From the IMG/VR virus record IMGVR_UViG_3300028197_001952, positions 1 to 64,000 of that record: a DNA stretch of 64,000 nucleotides, one strand, 5' to 3'. This DNA is from a virus. Within the stretch, counting starts at the first letter, position 1. Each line of letters starts with the position of its first letter. The translations under genes were made by a program, and so were the position numbers. The notes beneath the pieces are model-generated. The model was not told the DNA's origin. It saw only the letters and a list, made by a program, of their open reading frames with translations, and did no database searches. Below, piece by piece: positions 16,216 through 26,936 of the stretch.

Positions 16216-17142
16216 TTAGTTACTAGTTTTTATATTTTCTAACATTGGTACAAGTTCTTTATATGAACAATTTTTACAATGAGATGTTGGATTGTTTGTA
16301 TTACATCCATTTTGTACATTTTGAAAATCTTCTGAACTTCGTATATCATCTAAACTTTCTTCAAATAGATTTCCGAATGGTTCAGCTGCGGTATTTAAAC
16401 AACACATCTTTACATTACCCTCTACGGTTGTATATAATCCTTCATTAACCCAATAACAATCTTCATAATCCCATTTAGATTTTCCTTTTACATTATCACC
16501 CCAAGATTTTAAATACTGTAGTTGTTCATTGGTATATCCACCTGGCATACTCTTATCTTCACTCCAATCTTGTGCAATATTTAAACGAAGTTCTTCTAAA
16601 CCATATCCATCTACGATTTCATCACTTACTCTCTGTATATCACTTACGTTTTGAGGATTGACAACATAATTACAAGTTACCCTACATCCTCTTCTATCCA
16701 TTTCTTTAAAATCACCTAGAAATGATAATAATCTACTCCACTTTGCAGGAGAACGATCTCTTTCGTAACTTTTATCATACCCATCAATTGAAAAGTACAA
16801 TAAATCAATATATTGTAATGCATCTTGAAAGCGGTCTCTCAATGGCCTTCCTTCACCAATATTATATTGACAATTGGTTGCAACTATTAAGAAAGCATCT
16901 GGAAAATATTCTTTAAATATTTTACATACTTCATTAAATTTTGGATGTAACATTGGCTCACCCATACCCATTAGTTTAGCTTCAGTTATTGGATGATGTT
17001 TTATACTTTCCATTAATGTTCTAAACTTTTCGATAGGCATATGTTTCAATGCACCGATTACTTCATCTCTATTACAAAATGAACAAGCAAGATTACAATA
17101 GTTTGTAGTTTCTAAGTAAACATATGTGATTGGTTTATTCAT
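16216..17142 (-). CDS. Radical SAM protein with SPASM/twitch domain
   Basis: CNLACSFC, GMGEPMLHP, SIDG, C-terminal C..CC..GNL..CKNC. Confidence 0.9.
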   Translation of the reverse strand: MNKPITYVYLETTNYCNLACSFCNRDEVIGALKHMPIEKFRTLMESIKHHPITEAKLMGMGEPMLHPKFNEVCKIFKEYFPDAFLIVATNCQYNIGEGRPLRDRFQDALQYIDLLYFSIDGYDKSYERDRSPAKWSRLLSFLGDFKEMDRRGCRVTCNYVVNPQNVSDIQRVSDEIVDGYGLEELRLNIAQDWSEDKSMPGGYTNEQLQYLKSWGDNVKGKSKWDYEDCYWVNEGLYTTVEGNVKMCCLNTAAEPFGNLFEESLDDIRSSEDFQNVQNGCNTNNPTSHCKNCSYKELVPMLENIKTSN

Positions 17143-17797
17143 TATATATAAGTTTTGCTAATTTAAAATCCAATTCAGTATCTACATCAATCAGTTCATT
17201 TTCACTCCAATCTATTACAAGTGGAAATGGATTATCTTTTGTATTTGGAAACAATTCCCATTCAGATAACATATGACTTTTTTCATAAAATACTAAAGAG
17301 TGTGTGGCTGAATAAACCCAAGGTCCTGCAGTTGTAGATAATCTATCATTAGCTTTAAAATTTATTGGATTTTTTATTTTATCCCAAAAAAAGTTTCTTT
17401 CTTTCTGAACCGTTATTGCACTTTTGCAATCAGATTGTTTAAACCAATCTATTAATTTCTGCAACTCTTCTACTTTAACAAAAGGTTGACATGGATTATA
17501 ATTAATGATATAATCAGACTTCACTTTATTAAGATGATCATACATTATAGAATGGGGTGCATTTCCAGGTTTAACTGATTCATAACTTCTATGTAATATA
17601 TCAACACCATCTATGATGTGTTCTTTGAGTTCTTCATCATATGCTGCTAGATACTTTTCATCTACATTATTTAATTCAGATAAGTTTGATAATGCAATAT
17701 CAATTAAAGTATTACCATCTCCCAAATTACGTAAATGTTTATTAGGACAACGAGTACTATCTTTTCTAGCGTGTATTATAATTGCTATTGTTTTCAT
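17135..17797 (-). CDS. neuA: Acylneuraminate (CMP-nonulosonate) cytidylyltransferase
   Basis: IHARKDSTRCPNKHLR, PCQPF, IDVDTELDF; NeuB is encoded nearby. Confidence 0.82.
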   Translation of the reverse strand: MKTIAIIIHARKDSTRCPNKHLRNLGDGNTLIDIALSNLSELNNVDEKYLAAYDEELKEHIIDGVDILHRSYESVKPGNAPHSIMYDHLNKVKSDYIINYNPCQPFVKVEELQKLIDWFKQSDCKSAITVQKERNFFWDKIKNPINFKANDRLSTTAGPWVYSATHSLVFYEKSHMLSEWELFPNTKDNPFPLVIDWSENELIDVDTELDFKLAKLIYNE

Positions 17798-18661
17798 TTA
17801 ATATGTTTCTATTAATTTATTATTAATATAAAATTGTAATTTTTTATTCTGTTTATCTATAATCATTTTTGCGTTACCTTCACCAAAATAATTACCCAAT
17901 TTCATTTCCCATTGTTTGTTTGATAAATCATCAATAGTAATATAGTTACTGAATTTCTTATATGGGGATTGTACAAATATTGGAACTGCACTACCCAATG
18001 ATGATAAAAATAACATCCTATGAGTACCCCTATCTAACATAGAACTTGTACTATTATAACAAATTGGATATATTATTCCATTTTTTTTCATATTAACATA
18101 TTGCCTTTCATCCAAATCAATTCTCCATGCAAATTCTTCATACGTTCTAAAGAAGTTTGTTATTGAAATTTTAGTAGGATATTTTATATCAAAAAGTGCA
18201 GATACTTCATCTATCGATTCTTTACTTAAATCTGTTTTATCAATCTCTTTTATAAATTCCCTATATATTTCTATATTTGGATTTGAATGTACGGCTTTCT
18301 GATATTTATCAAAGAATATACTTGGAATTTCTAAATACATAAAAGAATCCCATGTTTTATTCAACCCAGTCATATCCATTGATACCACATCTGATTTAGT
18401 TACAGTTTCCGTATTATCATCATTTCGTATCCAATGACATTTAGGAGGATATCCCCACCAAAATCCACCATCATCCTTTTTATCAATATCGGAATTAAAT
18501 GGAACTGTATTAGTTCCATCATTTTCTTCTGATTCTAAATTATTTTGTATTCTAAGCTCTGTTTCATTATACAAATCAATAACCTTCTGATATGGTATAA
18601 TATCAAATGGTTCAAGGTGTTCAAATACATCAAATAAATATTTTACTTTACTTTTCTTCAT
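17798..18661 (-). CDS. Hypothetical protein
   Basis: 287-aa ORF in operon; GTHR segment weakly reminiscent of a ParB/Srx-type motif. Confidence 0.6.
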   Translation of the reverse strand: MKKSKVKYLFDVFEHLEPFDIIPYQKVIDLYNETELRIQNNLESEENDGTNTVPFNSDIDKKDDGGFWWGYPPKCHWIRNDDNTETVTKSDVVSMDMTGLNKTWDSFMYLEIPSIFFDKYQKAVHSNPNIEIYREFIKEIDKTDLSKESIDEVSALFDIKYPTKISITNFFRTYEEFAWRIDLDERQYVNMKKNGIIYPICYNSTSSMLDRGTHRMLFLSSLGSAVPIFVQSPYKKFSNYITIDDLSNKQWEMKLGNYFGEGNAKMIIDKQNKKLQFYINNKLIETY

Positions 18662-19448
18662 TTATATATCTATATAATTCGTTTGCAAATAATACATGCC
18701 CAGCTCTACTTGGATGTGCAGGTGTATTTTTATTTGATTTCCATTTATCTTTTTCAAATAATGATTTATCATTAAATTCATGTAAAAATGATGAAATATT
18801 TTTTAAATCAAATCCCCAATATTTAGTTTTATCTATTAAATCAATTTTATCATATTCTTTAGAATATACCATAGATTCAAATGCATCAACCATTATATAA
18901 TTTATATTATTATGTTCTAAATACTTTTGAAGTATCATTATAATATTTTGATTGTACATCGAATAATAATAATCATCATACATATCTGTTATGTAAAACT
19001 TTATATACCCATCCATGAAGGATTGTAGCTCAGTATTTTCTGGATGTTCTAATCCAGGTATTAAACTTTGTTTGATTTCGATTCTACTATCTGCGATACC
19101 GTTTATTCTATCTCTTTTCTTAAAATTAGAGGGAAAGAACGATGGAGTATCTCGTAACGAAGAAGTAAATGATATTAATACAAAATCATCAGAAGTTATT
19201 GATTCGCTGAATACCTTATTAAGTATATCAATATTAGAACAACCATTTTCTCCTAAATTTAGATAATCACAATTAAACTTATCTGCTAGTAATTTTGTGA
19301 AAGAATTACTTCTTCTAAATTTATTACAAATCTTTCTAGCCTCTGTCTTATCATCTCCAACAGAATTATCAAATATTTGTTGTTCGTATTCTCTATCAGT
19401 TCCCAATCCTACTGTAAAACTATCTCCAAATGATACTATTCGTTTCAT
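18648..19448 (-). CDS. SGNH/GDSL-fold protein (putative acyl esterase or acyltransferase)
   Basis: FGDSFTVG, NLGENGCSN, C-terminal HP..GH. Confidence 0.75.
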   Translation of the reverse strand: MKRIVSFGDSFTVGLGTDREYEQQIFDNSVGDDKTEARKICNKFRRSNSFTKLLADKFNCDYLNLGENGCSNIDILNKVFSESITSDDFVLISFTSSLRDTPSFFPSNFKKRDRINGIADSRIEIKQSLIPGLEHPENTELQSFMDGYIKFYITDMYDDYYYSMYNQNIIMILQKYLEHNNINYIMVDAFESMVYSKEYDKIDLIDKTKYWGFDLKNISSFLHEFNDKSLFEKDKWKSNKNTPAHPSRAGHVLFANELYRYINEEK

Positions 19449-20293
19449 ATTTCTAAATATTTTGCAAAATTATCAAAATCTAATAAATTATAATTAGACC
19501 AGTCAGCTGATTCGTATACTCCATCCAAGTCAGATAATTTAAACGCGTTCCAATCATCTACTAGTACTATAGGAAATAATTTAGCAAAATGCTCAGTAAC
19601 TACGTTTCTATGGCATATTGGAACTATTTTAAGATATAAACACTCCCACATCCTATGACAATCTATTCCGTTTCCTTCTGGACTTAAACAGAACTTATAT
19701 CTAGCTAAATCTTTAACGTACTCTTTAAACTTTAACCGTTTACTTTCATTTAAATTTAATCTAACTCCGGCTGCATAACATAACGGTCTCCAGTATTTTC
19801 TCTGTCCTCCTATAATTTCAAAGTTAAAATACACCAATTCTGTTTTAGGTATATCGTTACTAATTACTGAATTAAAGTAATCCAAATCTCCCCACTCCCA
19901 TCTACTATTAGCTAATCCTATAGGAATAGGAATTAATCTCTCATGAGTAGTATTTACATTTTGACTATATATTTTTTTAATATTGGGTATATCAAAAAGG
20001 ATTTTATGAGCTTCATCAAAAGAATCATCAGACTGATGTAGTATTAAATCAAAAGGGTTTTTGAATTTTTTAAGTTTATCAATGAACTCACTTTCAAGCA
20101 ATTTAGGTTTAAATCTATTCAAAAGAGAACTATTTGCGTATACTAAAGAAGGGTTATTATAATTCTCAAAATCAAATTCATCGATATCCAACCATAAACT
20201 ATCTGCATTACTACTTTCGAAAGTTGTATGTTCTTTTTTACTAATCCCTACATGACAAATATCTTGCCATTTTTCTCCTGATATTATATTCAT
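19445..20293 (-). CDS. Exostosin/GT47-like glycosyltransferase
   Basis: PIPIGL; KFCLSPEGNGIDCHRMWECLYLKIVPI. Confidence 0.75.
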   Translation of the reverse strand: MNIISGEKWQDICHVGISKKEHTTFESSNADSLWLDIDEFDFENYNNPSLVYANSSLLNRFKPKLLESEFIDKLKKFKNPFDLILHQSDDSFDEAHKILFDIPNIKKIYSQNVNTTHERLIPIPIGLANSRWEWGDLDYFNSVISNDIPKTELVYFNFEIIGGQRKYWRPLCYAAGVRLNLNESKRLKFKEYVKDLARYKFCLSPEGNGIDCHRMWECLYLKIVPICHRNVVTEHFAKLFPIVLVDDWNAFKLSDLDGVYESADWSNYNLLDFDNFAKYLEI

Positions 20294-21063
20294 TTTTGAA
20301 TTCTTTTATTTTCATCTATAATAAACTTAAAAATATTTAGATTCAGTTTTTCTTTTTCTACAAATGATGATAGGGCAGATACATCTTTTGGTAAACACGA
20401 ACCACCAAATCCCTTAAACTCTTTACTATAACCCAAATATTCATCTTCACCTACGTTTTCTAATAAAAATGCATTTAGTACTTGATTATAATCTACACCT
20501 AAATGGTTACTAAGTTCTCCATATGTAGTTGAAAAGATAGTTCTTAAAGCTTTATAAGAATTAGAATAATATTTAGCGAGTTCTGATTCTGATGGTTTTA
20601 CTTGTGTAACTGTTTTAGGATAATGTCCATGAGAATTAACTACATCTAAATATGCTGATTTATGAGTAGTTCCTACGATAAGTACATTGTGGTTTTTTGT
20701 AAAATCTTCATATCCACATCGTTCTCTTAAAAATTCAGGTACATGTGCTAGCTTTAAATCTTTATACTCTTCTTGTAGTTTTGTAGTAGTACCTGGTTGT
20801 GTTGTGGATTTAATGGCTACTGTTCCTTTATATTCATACTCTGATAATTTCCTTATTAGTTGTTCTACTATTGAAACATCACACGAACCATCTTTATTTT
20901 GTTTTGTAGGAACACATATATAAATTATATCACTATTTAGAGTACCCTCTAATGAAGATTCAGGTATTTTAATATCATAAACATATACCGAATGGTTTAG
21001 TTCCTTAAATGCTTTTGTAATTGCAGTACCAACCATTCCATAACCTATAACCCCTACATTCAT
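20290..21063 (-). CDS. ugd: UDP-glucose/GDP-mannose 6-dehydrogenase family (short form)
   Basis: GYGMVG, ICVPT, IKST..PGTT, PEFLRE, ELAKY, GFGGSCLPKD; 257 aa, without the C-terminal domain. Confidence 0.88.
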   Translation of the reverse strand: MNVGVIGYGMVGTAITKAFKELNHSVYVYDIKIPESSLEGTLNSDIIYICVPTKQNKDGSCDVSIVEQLIRKLSEYEYKGTVAIKSTTQPGTTTKLQEEYKDLKLAHVPEFLRERCGYEDFTKNHNVLIVGTTHKSAYLDVVNSHGHYPKTVTQVKPSESELAKYYSNSYKALRTIFSTTYGELSNHLGVDYNQVLNAFLLENVGEDEYLGYSKEFKGFGGSCLPKDVSALSSFVEKEKLNLNIFKFIIDENKRIQK

Positions 21064-22010
21064 ATAACCTTTTTTAAGTAATCAGATATTTTTTCATACG
21101 CATTAAATTCGTATGTTTTTCTTTTATATAAATATATATCTAAGATATTTTGGATATTTTTTAATGAGAGTTCATCACTAATATTATGAGAAATACCAAG
21201 TCCCATTTTTTCTATTAATTTTGCAGTTTCTATTATTTCAGATGAATCTGTTTTATCATAAACACAGATTGGAAATGTACCGTTTTCTATACAATGAGTT
21301 AACATTCCTATTCCAGGTCTGATTATGAATATAGAATCGTTATCACTATCACGTAAGTCATTGGAAATCAGATACTTATCTTTATATTTGTTAGAAATTT
21401 TGTTAAAAAAGTTTGTATAATTATCTAAGTACGATAAACTTGGCTTTACAATTACAATTTTTTTAAAATTTTTAGTTTCTTTTACTATCTTATATTCACA
21501 CCCCCACCCAAATTGTATTTTATTTGAATGTGTTTGTAATGTGCCAGTTTCTACATACTTGTTGGTAATTATTCTTGGTGTGGTTTCTTGAATTAAATTA
21601 GAATCAAATGTACTTAGTTCATTTATACCGAATTTATTTAAATACACATCATGCCATAAAAAAGAGCCCATTAAAATTATATCTTTTCTATGAAGTAAAA
21701 GTCCTGCTACATTATCACTCACAACAATATCATAATCAAACAAATGAGTTTTGTTTTCATTTATCCAATCCATGTATTGTTTAAAATAAATTTTATTATT
21801 TTCAAGTACTTTATCCCATCTTATATTTTCAATATTATAAAATTTAAAACTTATAGAAAGTTCAGATATTTCTTTATTAAATTTATCGTATTGGTATTTT
21901 TCACAGAATATAGTTACATGAAAGTCTTCTAATAAATTCTTAGAAACTTCTATAACTCTTTTTAAGTGACCATATCCATTTGAACATGTAAAAAATGCTA
22001 TTGTTTTCAT
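21060..22010 (-). CDS. GT-B fold glycosyltransferase (GT1/GT28-like)
   Basis: N-terminal NGYGHLKR, VVSD, RPG.G. Confidence 0.7.
   Translation of the reverse strand: MKTIAFFTCSNGYGHLKRVIEVSKNLLEDFHVTIFCEKYQYDKFNKEISELSISFKFYNIENIRWDKVLENNKIYFKQYMDWINENKTHLFDYDIVVSDNVAGLLLHRKDIILMGSFLWHDVYLNKFGINELSTFDSNLIQETTPRIITNKYVETGTLQTHSNKIQFGWGCEYKIVKETKNFKKIVIVKPSLSYLDNYTNFFNKISNKYKDKYLISNDLRDSDNDSIFIIRPGIGMLTHCIENGTFPICVYDKTDSSEIIETAKLIEKMGLGISHNISDELSLKNIQNILDIYLYKRKTYEFNAYEKISDYLKKVI
21127..21135 (-). promoter_or_regulatory. ATATTTATA motif, intragenic copy upstream of ugd
   Basis: Inside the 3' end of the GT-B gene, 63 nt upstream of the 21063 start. Confidence 0.35.
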
Positions 22011-22786
22011 TATAGTTTATCAATATTCCAAACCTTCATCATTTCGCCAACAATTGGCTCATAATAGTCAACATAGTTTTTAGAATGATATCTAGTCTTT
22101 ACTATTGTTTTGATAAGTTTATCAATCAAATTAGAATCAGATGAGTCTTTAAAATATTTATCTTTAAACTGAATCATTTTTTCTTTAGATTCAAATTCTT
22201 CATAATAAACATGTGTTAGTTGATATTCCTTTTGTATAGAGTGTATCATCTGTATTTCGTATGTAAAGATACGTAATATGGTGTTCATCCATTCGATTGA
22301 AGGAGATACTGCTATTGGTAAATGTGTTCCTAAATATATATGTTCTGCCTCTATCTTGTTCAACATCTTATCATGGAATATTTTCATGTTTTCAGGCGTT
22401 TGTGATTCTACATCTACAAACAATCCCTCGTTTATTAAATGTTGCCACAATGGAAGTGATAATAAAACATTTTCTTTATTTTTACGTTCTAACATTATGA
22501 TATTGTACTCTTCTTTTAATTTTTCAAACCGATTGGTAGAATATAAAAATGATATAACAACAGGATTGTTTAATAGAATGATATCATAAATTCCATCTTC
22601 ATGTAGCATCTGTGATTCAAATTGTTCTATTAAATTATTTTGTGTTTCATCAAAATTAATTTCTCCAATATAGTTATGTGGAAATTCATCACCAATTACA
22701 TTTAATATAATGCTTTTTAATTGTGTACCACCTGATCTATAATGTGATAGTATTATAGTTCCTTTTTTGTTTTTATCTATTATCAT
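22010..22786 (-). CDS. Sulfotransferase-like protein (Stf0/P-loop type)
   Basis: ILSHYRSGGTQL resembling the 5'-PSB loop; IIMLERKN; VYYEEF. Confidence 0.6.
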   Translation of the reverse strand: MIIDKNKKGTIILSHYRSGGTQLKSIILNVIGDEFPHNYIGEINFDETQNNLIEQFESQMLHEDGIYDIILLNNPVVISFLYSTNRFEKLKEEYNIIMLERKNKENVLLSLPLWQHLINEGLFVDVESQTPENMKIFHDKMLNKIEAEHIYLGTHLPIAVSPSIEWMNTILRIFTYEIQMIHSIQKEYQLTHVYYEEFESKEKMIQFKDKYFKDSSDSNLIDKLIKTIVKTRYHSKNYVDYYEPIVGEMMKVWNIDKL

Positions 22787-22789
22787 AAT

Positions 22790-23620
22790 TTAAATTAGTT
22801 TTGGTTCATACCATTCTCTAAAATATTTATTCATAGCTCTATGCCCCTTTGGGGTTAGCAAATCTAAATCAGTAGGACAGCCATCTTTTATTAGTGTTTC
22901 AAGAAAGTCAGTTCCAACAATGGGAGTTATACCATAAAGATTACAATATTCACCTATCAAAACACCTGGTCCCATTATTTGGTAATTTTTGTAATTTGGT
23001 ATTTTTTTATTTATTTTTTGTTGTCTATAAAAATATATGTTTATCATTAAATCCATAGTATATGAGTTTGATAAAAATACACAATCGTTTATATTAAACA
23101 TACCAAATTCATGAGGCATACTACTACCATGTGTTGTAAATAATTTATTATTTGAATATGTTTCTTTAAAATAATCAAGCTTTTCTAAATTATTTTTTTC
23201 TTCTTCTAGTGTAGGCCATGATGGTCCAAAGTGGGGATTAAAAATAACATCAGGTCTAGATTTAACAACTATATCATATTCAAAATTATTTTCTAGTTCA
23301 TATTCACGTTTTAATAATATAGATTGTGAAAATCCATAAAACAAAGAACTCCAATGGTCGTTATCATAAAAAAAATATTGTTTTTTAGAATCGAATATTG
23401 ATTTTTTAGGTTTGTAAGTTTGAATAAATCTATCATATTCTTCTTTATCTATATCTCTATTTACATAATCAGCGCTGATATGTGTTCTATCACCGCTATA
23501 ATTCCACGTGTGAGTGAAGTAATCTACTTGATGTCCACCATACAACCAATGGTTTATTTGATTGGAGTAGGCGAGTTCCCAGTTACGTAACTGGCCACTT
23601 AAACAAACTGCTATTCTCAT
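22790..23620 (-). CDS. Putative glycosyltransferase (AVCLSGQLR...RPD family)
   Basis: MRIAVCLSGQLR, FTHTW, YDIVVKSRPDV, ND; paralog of 24025..24909. Confidence 0.6.
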   Translation of the reverse strand: MRIAVCLSGQLRNWELAYSNQINHWLYGGHQVDYFTHTWNYSGDRTHISADYVNRDIDKEEYDRFIQTYKPKKSIFDSKKQYFFYDNDHWSSLFYGFSQSILLKREYELENNFEYDIVVKSRPDVIFNPHFGPSWPTLEEEKNNLEKLDYFKETYSNNKLFTTHGSSMPHEFGMFNINDCVFLSNSYTMDLMINIYFYRQQKINKKIPNYKNYQIMGPGVLIGEYCNLYGITPIVGTDFLETLIKDGCPTDLDLLTPKGHRAMNKYFREWYEPKLI

Positions 23621-24044
23621 TGTTAAAAGTTTTTAATTCAATTCTATGACCGATACAATCCCCATAGATGTTATTATTAGTTCTACTAGCATTTGCAACA
23701 ATCGCAAATACAAATGAATTACAATACATAATATCTTCATTAAGATAACATTTATTATTGTGACCACTGTGGTTTATTTCTTGAGTAAATAGTACATTGT
23801 AGGTTACATCAATATTATTAAAATATTTTGTGAATATCAACTCTTTTAAATTTTTAAACAATGGTATATTGTTTAATATTAAATGACCATTGTAGAATTC
23901 ATCATTATCTAATTCATATCTCTTAATTTTAGTATAACATTCTTCTATAGTACCAACATATAAATCAACATGTGGTGGAAATGAGTAATCTAGTTCCTCT
24001 GAAACTATTAATGTTATCTTTTGATTATAAAAATTGTTGTTCAT
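23583..24044 (-). CDS. Hypothetical protein
   Basis: 153-aa ORF overlapping both neighbours. Confidence 0.5.
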   Translation of the reverse strand: MNNNFYNQKITLIVSEELDYSFPPHVDLYVGTIEECYTKIKRYELDNDEFYNGHLILNNIPLFKNLKELIFTKYFNNIDVTYNVLFTQEINHSGHNNKCYLNEDIMYCNSFVFAIVANASRTNNNIYGDCIGHRIELKTFNNENSSLFKWPVT

Positions 24045-24909
24045 TTTTAGGTTTTATGTATTGTCCGTAACGATGTTTATCGTAGTTATTTGATAATTTG
24101 TGCATATCTGATTTGAATTTATCACTTAGTAATGTACCATGTTTTATATTATACATATTTTTTAATTTTCCGGTTTTGTGTAAATTAATAAAATAATCAA
24201 CATGAGAATATCTTATAATACTGATAAAGTAAGTAACTGGTCTACAATTTAATTTATTATTTATTATATGTTCAGCGGGTGTTATATGTACTCCCACGTT
24301 TGGTTGTATTTTTTTAACATACATATCATCATATATATTAGCGTGTATGTTTATAGCATTTTCATGACCGAATACGCACCAATCATTCATATAAAAATGA
24401 GGTTCATTTATATAACTCTTTGGTTTTGTGGTTAGTTTTTCAGTAATTCCATTTTGAGAATATATTGTATTTGGAGTAATTTGATCGGAGGTGGTATTAT
24501 TTATTATGATATTTACACGATGTAACATCTCCAAACTTAAAAATATATCAGGTCTGGTTGATATTACACAATCGTATTTTATATCATATTCATTTTGATA
24601 ATCATTTTTCAATTGATTAACTTTTTTTAATAAATAGGGATATTTTACATAATCTTCATCATGGTTTCCGATTATAGAAGTGCCAATTACCTCATATGCA
24701 TTAAGAAATGAAAAGTTAGATTCTATAACTTTTGTATTTGCATACGAATCATCCCACGTTGATAAGAAAAAATCATATTGCACATCTGGATGTATATCAT
24801 TATACATCTGGAATATTTTAGAAGTAATATCCCAATGACGTAATTGTCCTGCGAGTATTATGGCTATTTTTATTTTCTTTTGTGTAAATTCCCAATTACC
24901 CATTTCCAT
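24025..24909 (-). CDS. Putative glycosyltransferase (paralog of 22790..23620)
   Basis: IAIILAGQLR, FLSTW, YDCVISTRPDI, MND. Confidence 0.6.
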   Translation of the reverse strand: MEMGNWEFTQKKIKIAIILAGQLRHWDITSKIFQMYNDIHPDVQYDFFLSTWDDSYANTKVIESNFSFLNAYEVIGTSIIGNHDEDYVKYPYLLKKVNQLKNDYQNEYDIKYDCVISTRPDIFLSLEMLHRVNIIINNTTSDQITPNTIYSQNGITEKLTTKPKSYINEPHFYMNDWCVFGHENAINIHANIYDDMYVKKIQPNVGVHITPAEHIINNKLNCRPVTYFISIIRYSHVDYFINLHKTGKLKNMYNIKHGTLLSDKFKSDMHKLSNNYDKHRYGQYIKPKNEQQFL

Positions 24910-26179
24910 ATTTAAATATTTTTTTAATTAAATTATCATTTACACTATAATTATTAATTAAATCAGAATTGTGTTGTAATACCTCCTTCATATCTACAAT
25001 CATATCAAACACCGTTTCAATACTCATCTTTGAAATACTATCTGATATATCCATTATCATTTTTAATCTACGCGTGCCATCAATTTCATCATCGTAAGAT
25101 TCATCCCACCATTTTGAAAATGTTTTAAACCCATTTTTTTTCATTTCTTTTAAATGTTGATATGGTCCAAATTGAATTACAGGATGTCCACAAAACATTG
25201 GATTATATGTAGAACTATGTAAATGACATGCATTTTCTTGAAATGGAAATGCACACATTACCAAACTTATAAGAGAGTTCTTATAATGTATTGGGTCAAA
25301 CGGCAAATCTGCATTAAACGTACCGACTTTATGACCAGGTACACCAACGTTTGTTTCATCCGTAACATCTATGTGAAATGGCATCTTTGATTTTAATGAG
25401 TTTATATTATCGGTTGTTGTTAAATTCTGAAAAGAGTTTCCATAATGCATATCCTGGAATTGTGGGAAACTTACTAAACTATTTTCTAATATATTGTTTT
25501 TATTCATATGTAACATAAATACATTACGCTCCCATCTATCAGTTCTGTTAACTTTTAGGAAATGTTTTATATTATGTAAGTTATCCTTCTTGTATTTTAA
25601 TTCATCTTCTATAACTATACTATCAGGTAAACATGGTATTTTTTTTAACCTTTGAATATCGTGAACATTATACATAAATGAAAATAGGTTTATATATTTT
25701 CTAATATTATTACTACTCTTCCATTTTTCATGAGTTGATTCTGCTAATAAATTATTAGTTATAAAATATAACTTATCTGCTGGTAGATTTAAATCATCAA
25801 TTGATTTATATATTATATTTAAAAACTCAGTATACGGTGCACCTTCCATTGTATCATCGAATACTAATTTACCATTTCCATTACGAACATTATTTAATAT
25901 AATTTCTGGAATTTTATTTATATGCTTAGCCCATAAATTTGTATTATGATGAACACATACACAATATAAAAATGGCTCTTTAAAATCAAATTCCTTCACA
26001 TGTACTGCATCTGTACCTAATGTATATGGTAAACTTGAATGAGAAAATAAAGGTCTGTTTATCAAAATTCCCCTATTATCAAGTTCTTTAATTTCACTTA
26101 CATCATCATATAGTTTTAAAATAGAATCAGAAGCATCATGCATACTACATTGATTAAATGTATCAATTAAGTGTTTCAT
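24896..26179 (-). CDS. Hypothetical protein, possibly a GT-B glycosyltransferase
   Basis: 427 aa; FLKVNR and C-terminal HP..G..HLK..GFKTFSKWWDESYD segment; glycan cluster context. Confidence 0.5.
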   Translation of the reverse strand: MKHLIDTFNQCSMHDASDSILKLYDDVSEIKELDNRGILINRPLFSHSSLPYTLGTDAVHVKEFDFKEPFLYCVCVHHNTNLWAKHINKIPEIILNNVRNGNGKLVFDDTMEGAPYTEFLNIIYKSIDDLNLPADKLYFITNNLLAESTHEKWKSSNNIRKYINLFSFMYNVHDIQRLKKIPCLPDSIVIEDELKYKKDNLHNIKHFLKVNRTDRWERNVFMLHMNKNNILENSLVSFPQFQDMHYGNSFQNLTTTDNINSLKSKMPFHIDVTDETNVGVPGHKVGTFNADLPFDPIHYKNSLISLVMCAFPFQENACHLHSSTYNPMFCGHPVIQFGPYQHLKEMKKNGFKTFSKWWDESYDDEIDGTRRLKMIMDISDSISKMSIETVFDMIVDMKEVLQHNSDLINNYSVNDNLIKKIFKYGNG

Positions 26180-26936
26180 CTGATTTTATTTTTTTATTAA
26201 TTACCTTTGCTATATCTATACATTGTTTAATATCTGGATGACCTGTATAATCCCTATATTGTATTTTATAATTTATAACTTTACTAAAATCTATTTTATT
26301 ATATAGAGGTAATAGTTTTTTATTATCTATTATGATGCCTTTTTCCATACTAGTTAACATTGAGTCCCACTCTACAAATCTATACTCAAACCCTTGTTCT
26401 TTTAAGTAAGATTGTAGTAAAACTATGTTAGTAAGATATTTTGTAACTAAATCTAATTCTAAATTTAAATCTAAGTCAACTAATGCTTTGTAGTAGTTAG
26501 AAAAATGCTCTAATACCAAATAGTGCTTATCTGTATCTTTAATAAAACTTTCATAGGAAACATCGAGGATTTCTTTATCATCCATACTTAAGGGAGATTT
26601 ACCCCTTCTCCATGTACTAAATTTAGGTTTAAAATATTCTCCTCTTTCTCCTATATCTCCTGGAGTTATATTAACTGTACTTCTATTAATTAAAAAACCA
26701 AATCGTTCTTTCCAAGTCAACCCAATTACCACTAAAGTATTACTTGAGTCTAGTTCAGTAAGGTTTACTACTGAGTTCAGTATTATAGATTCCATAGACT
26801 GTCCATTTGCAGCCATGTTTATATGTTCGATATTTAATAGTTTAGAAAGGTGCACAGTCCACCTTTCTTCATCTTTAAGCTTGTCTCCTGCGGTAAAACT
26901 ACATCCATTTGTATATAAATTTTTATATTTATTCAT
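26163..26936 (-). CDS. SGNH-fold protein
   Basis: NGCSFTAG, NMAANGQS, IGLT..R, GHP. Confidence 0.7.
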   Translation of the reverse strand: MNKYKNLYTNGCSFTAGDKLKDEERWTVHLSKLLNIEHINMAANGQSMESIILNSVVNLTELDSSNTLVVIGLTWKERFGFLINRSTVNITPGDIGERGEYFKPKFSTWRRGKSPLSMDDKEILDVSYESFIKDTDKHYLVLEHFSNYYKALVDLDLNLELDLVTKYLTNIVLLQSYLKEQGFEYRFVEWDSMLTSMEKGIIIDNKKLLPLYNKIDFSKVINYKIQYRDYTGHPDIKQCIDIAKVINKKIKSDETLN

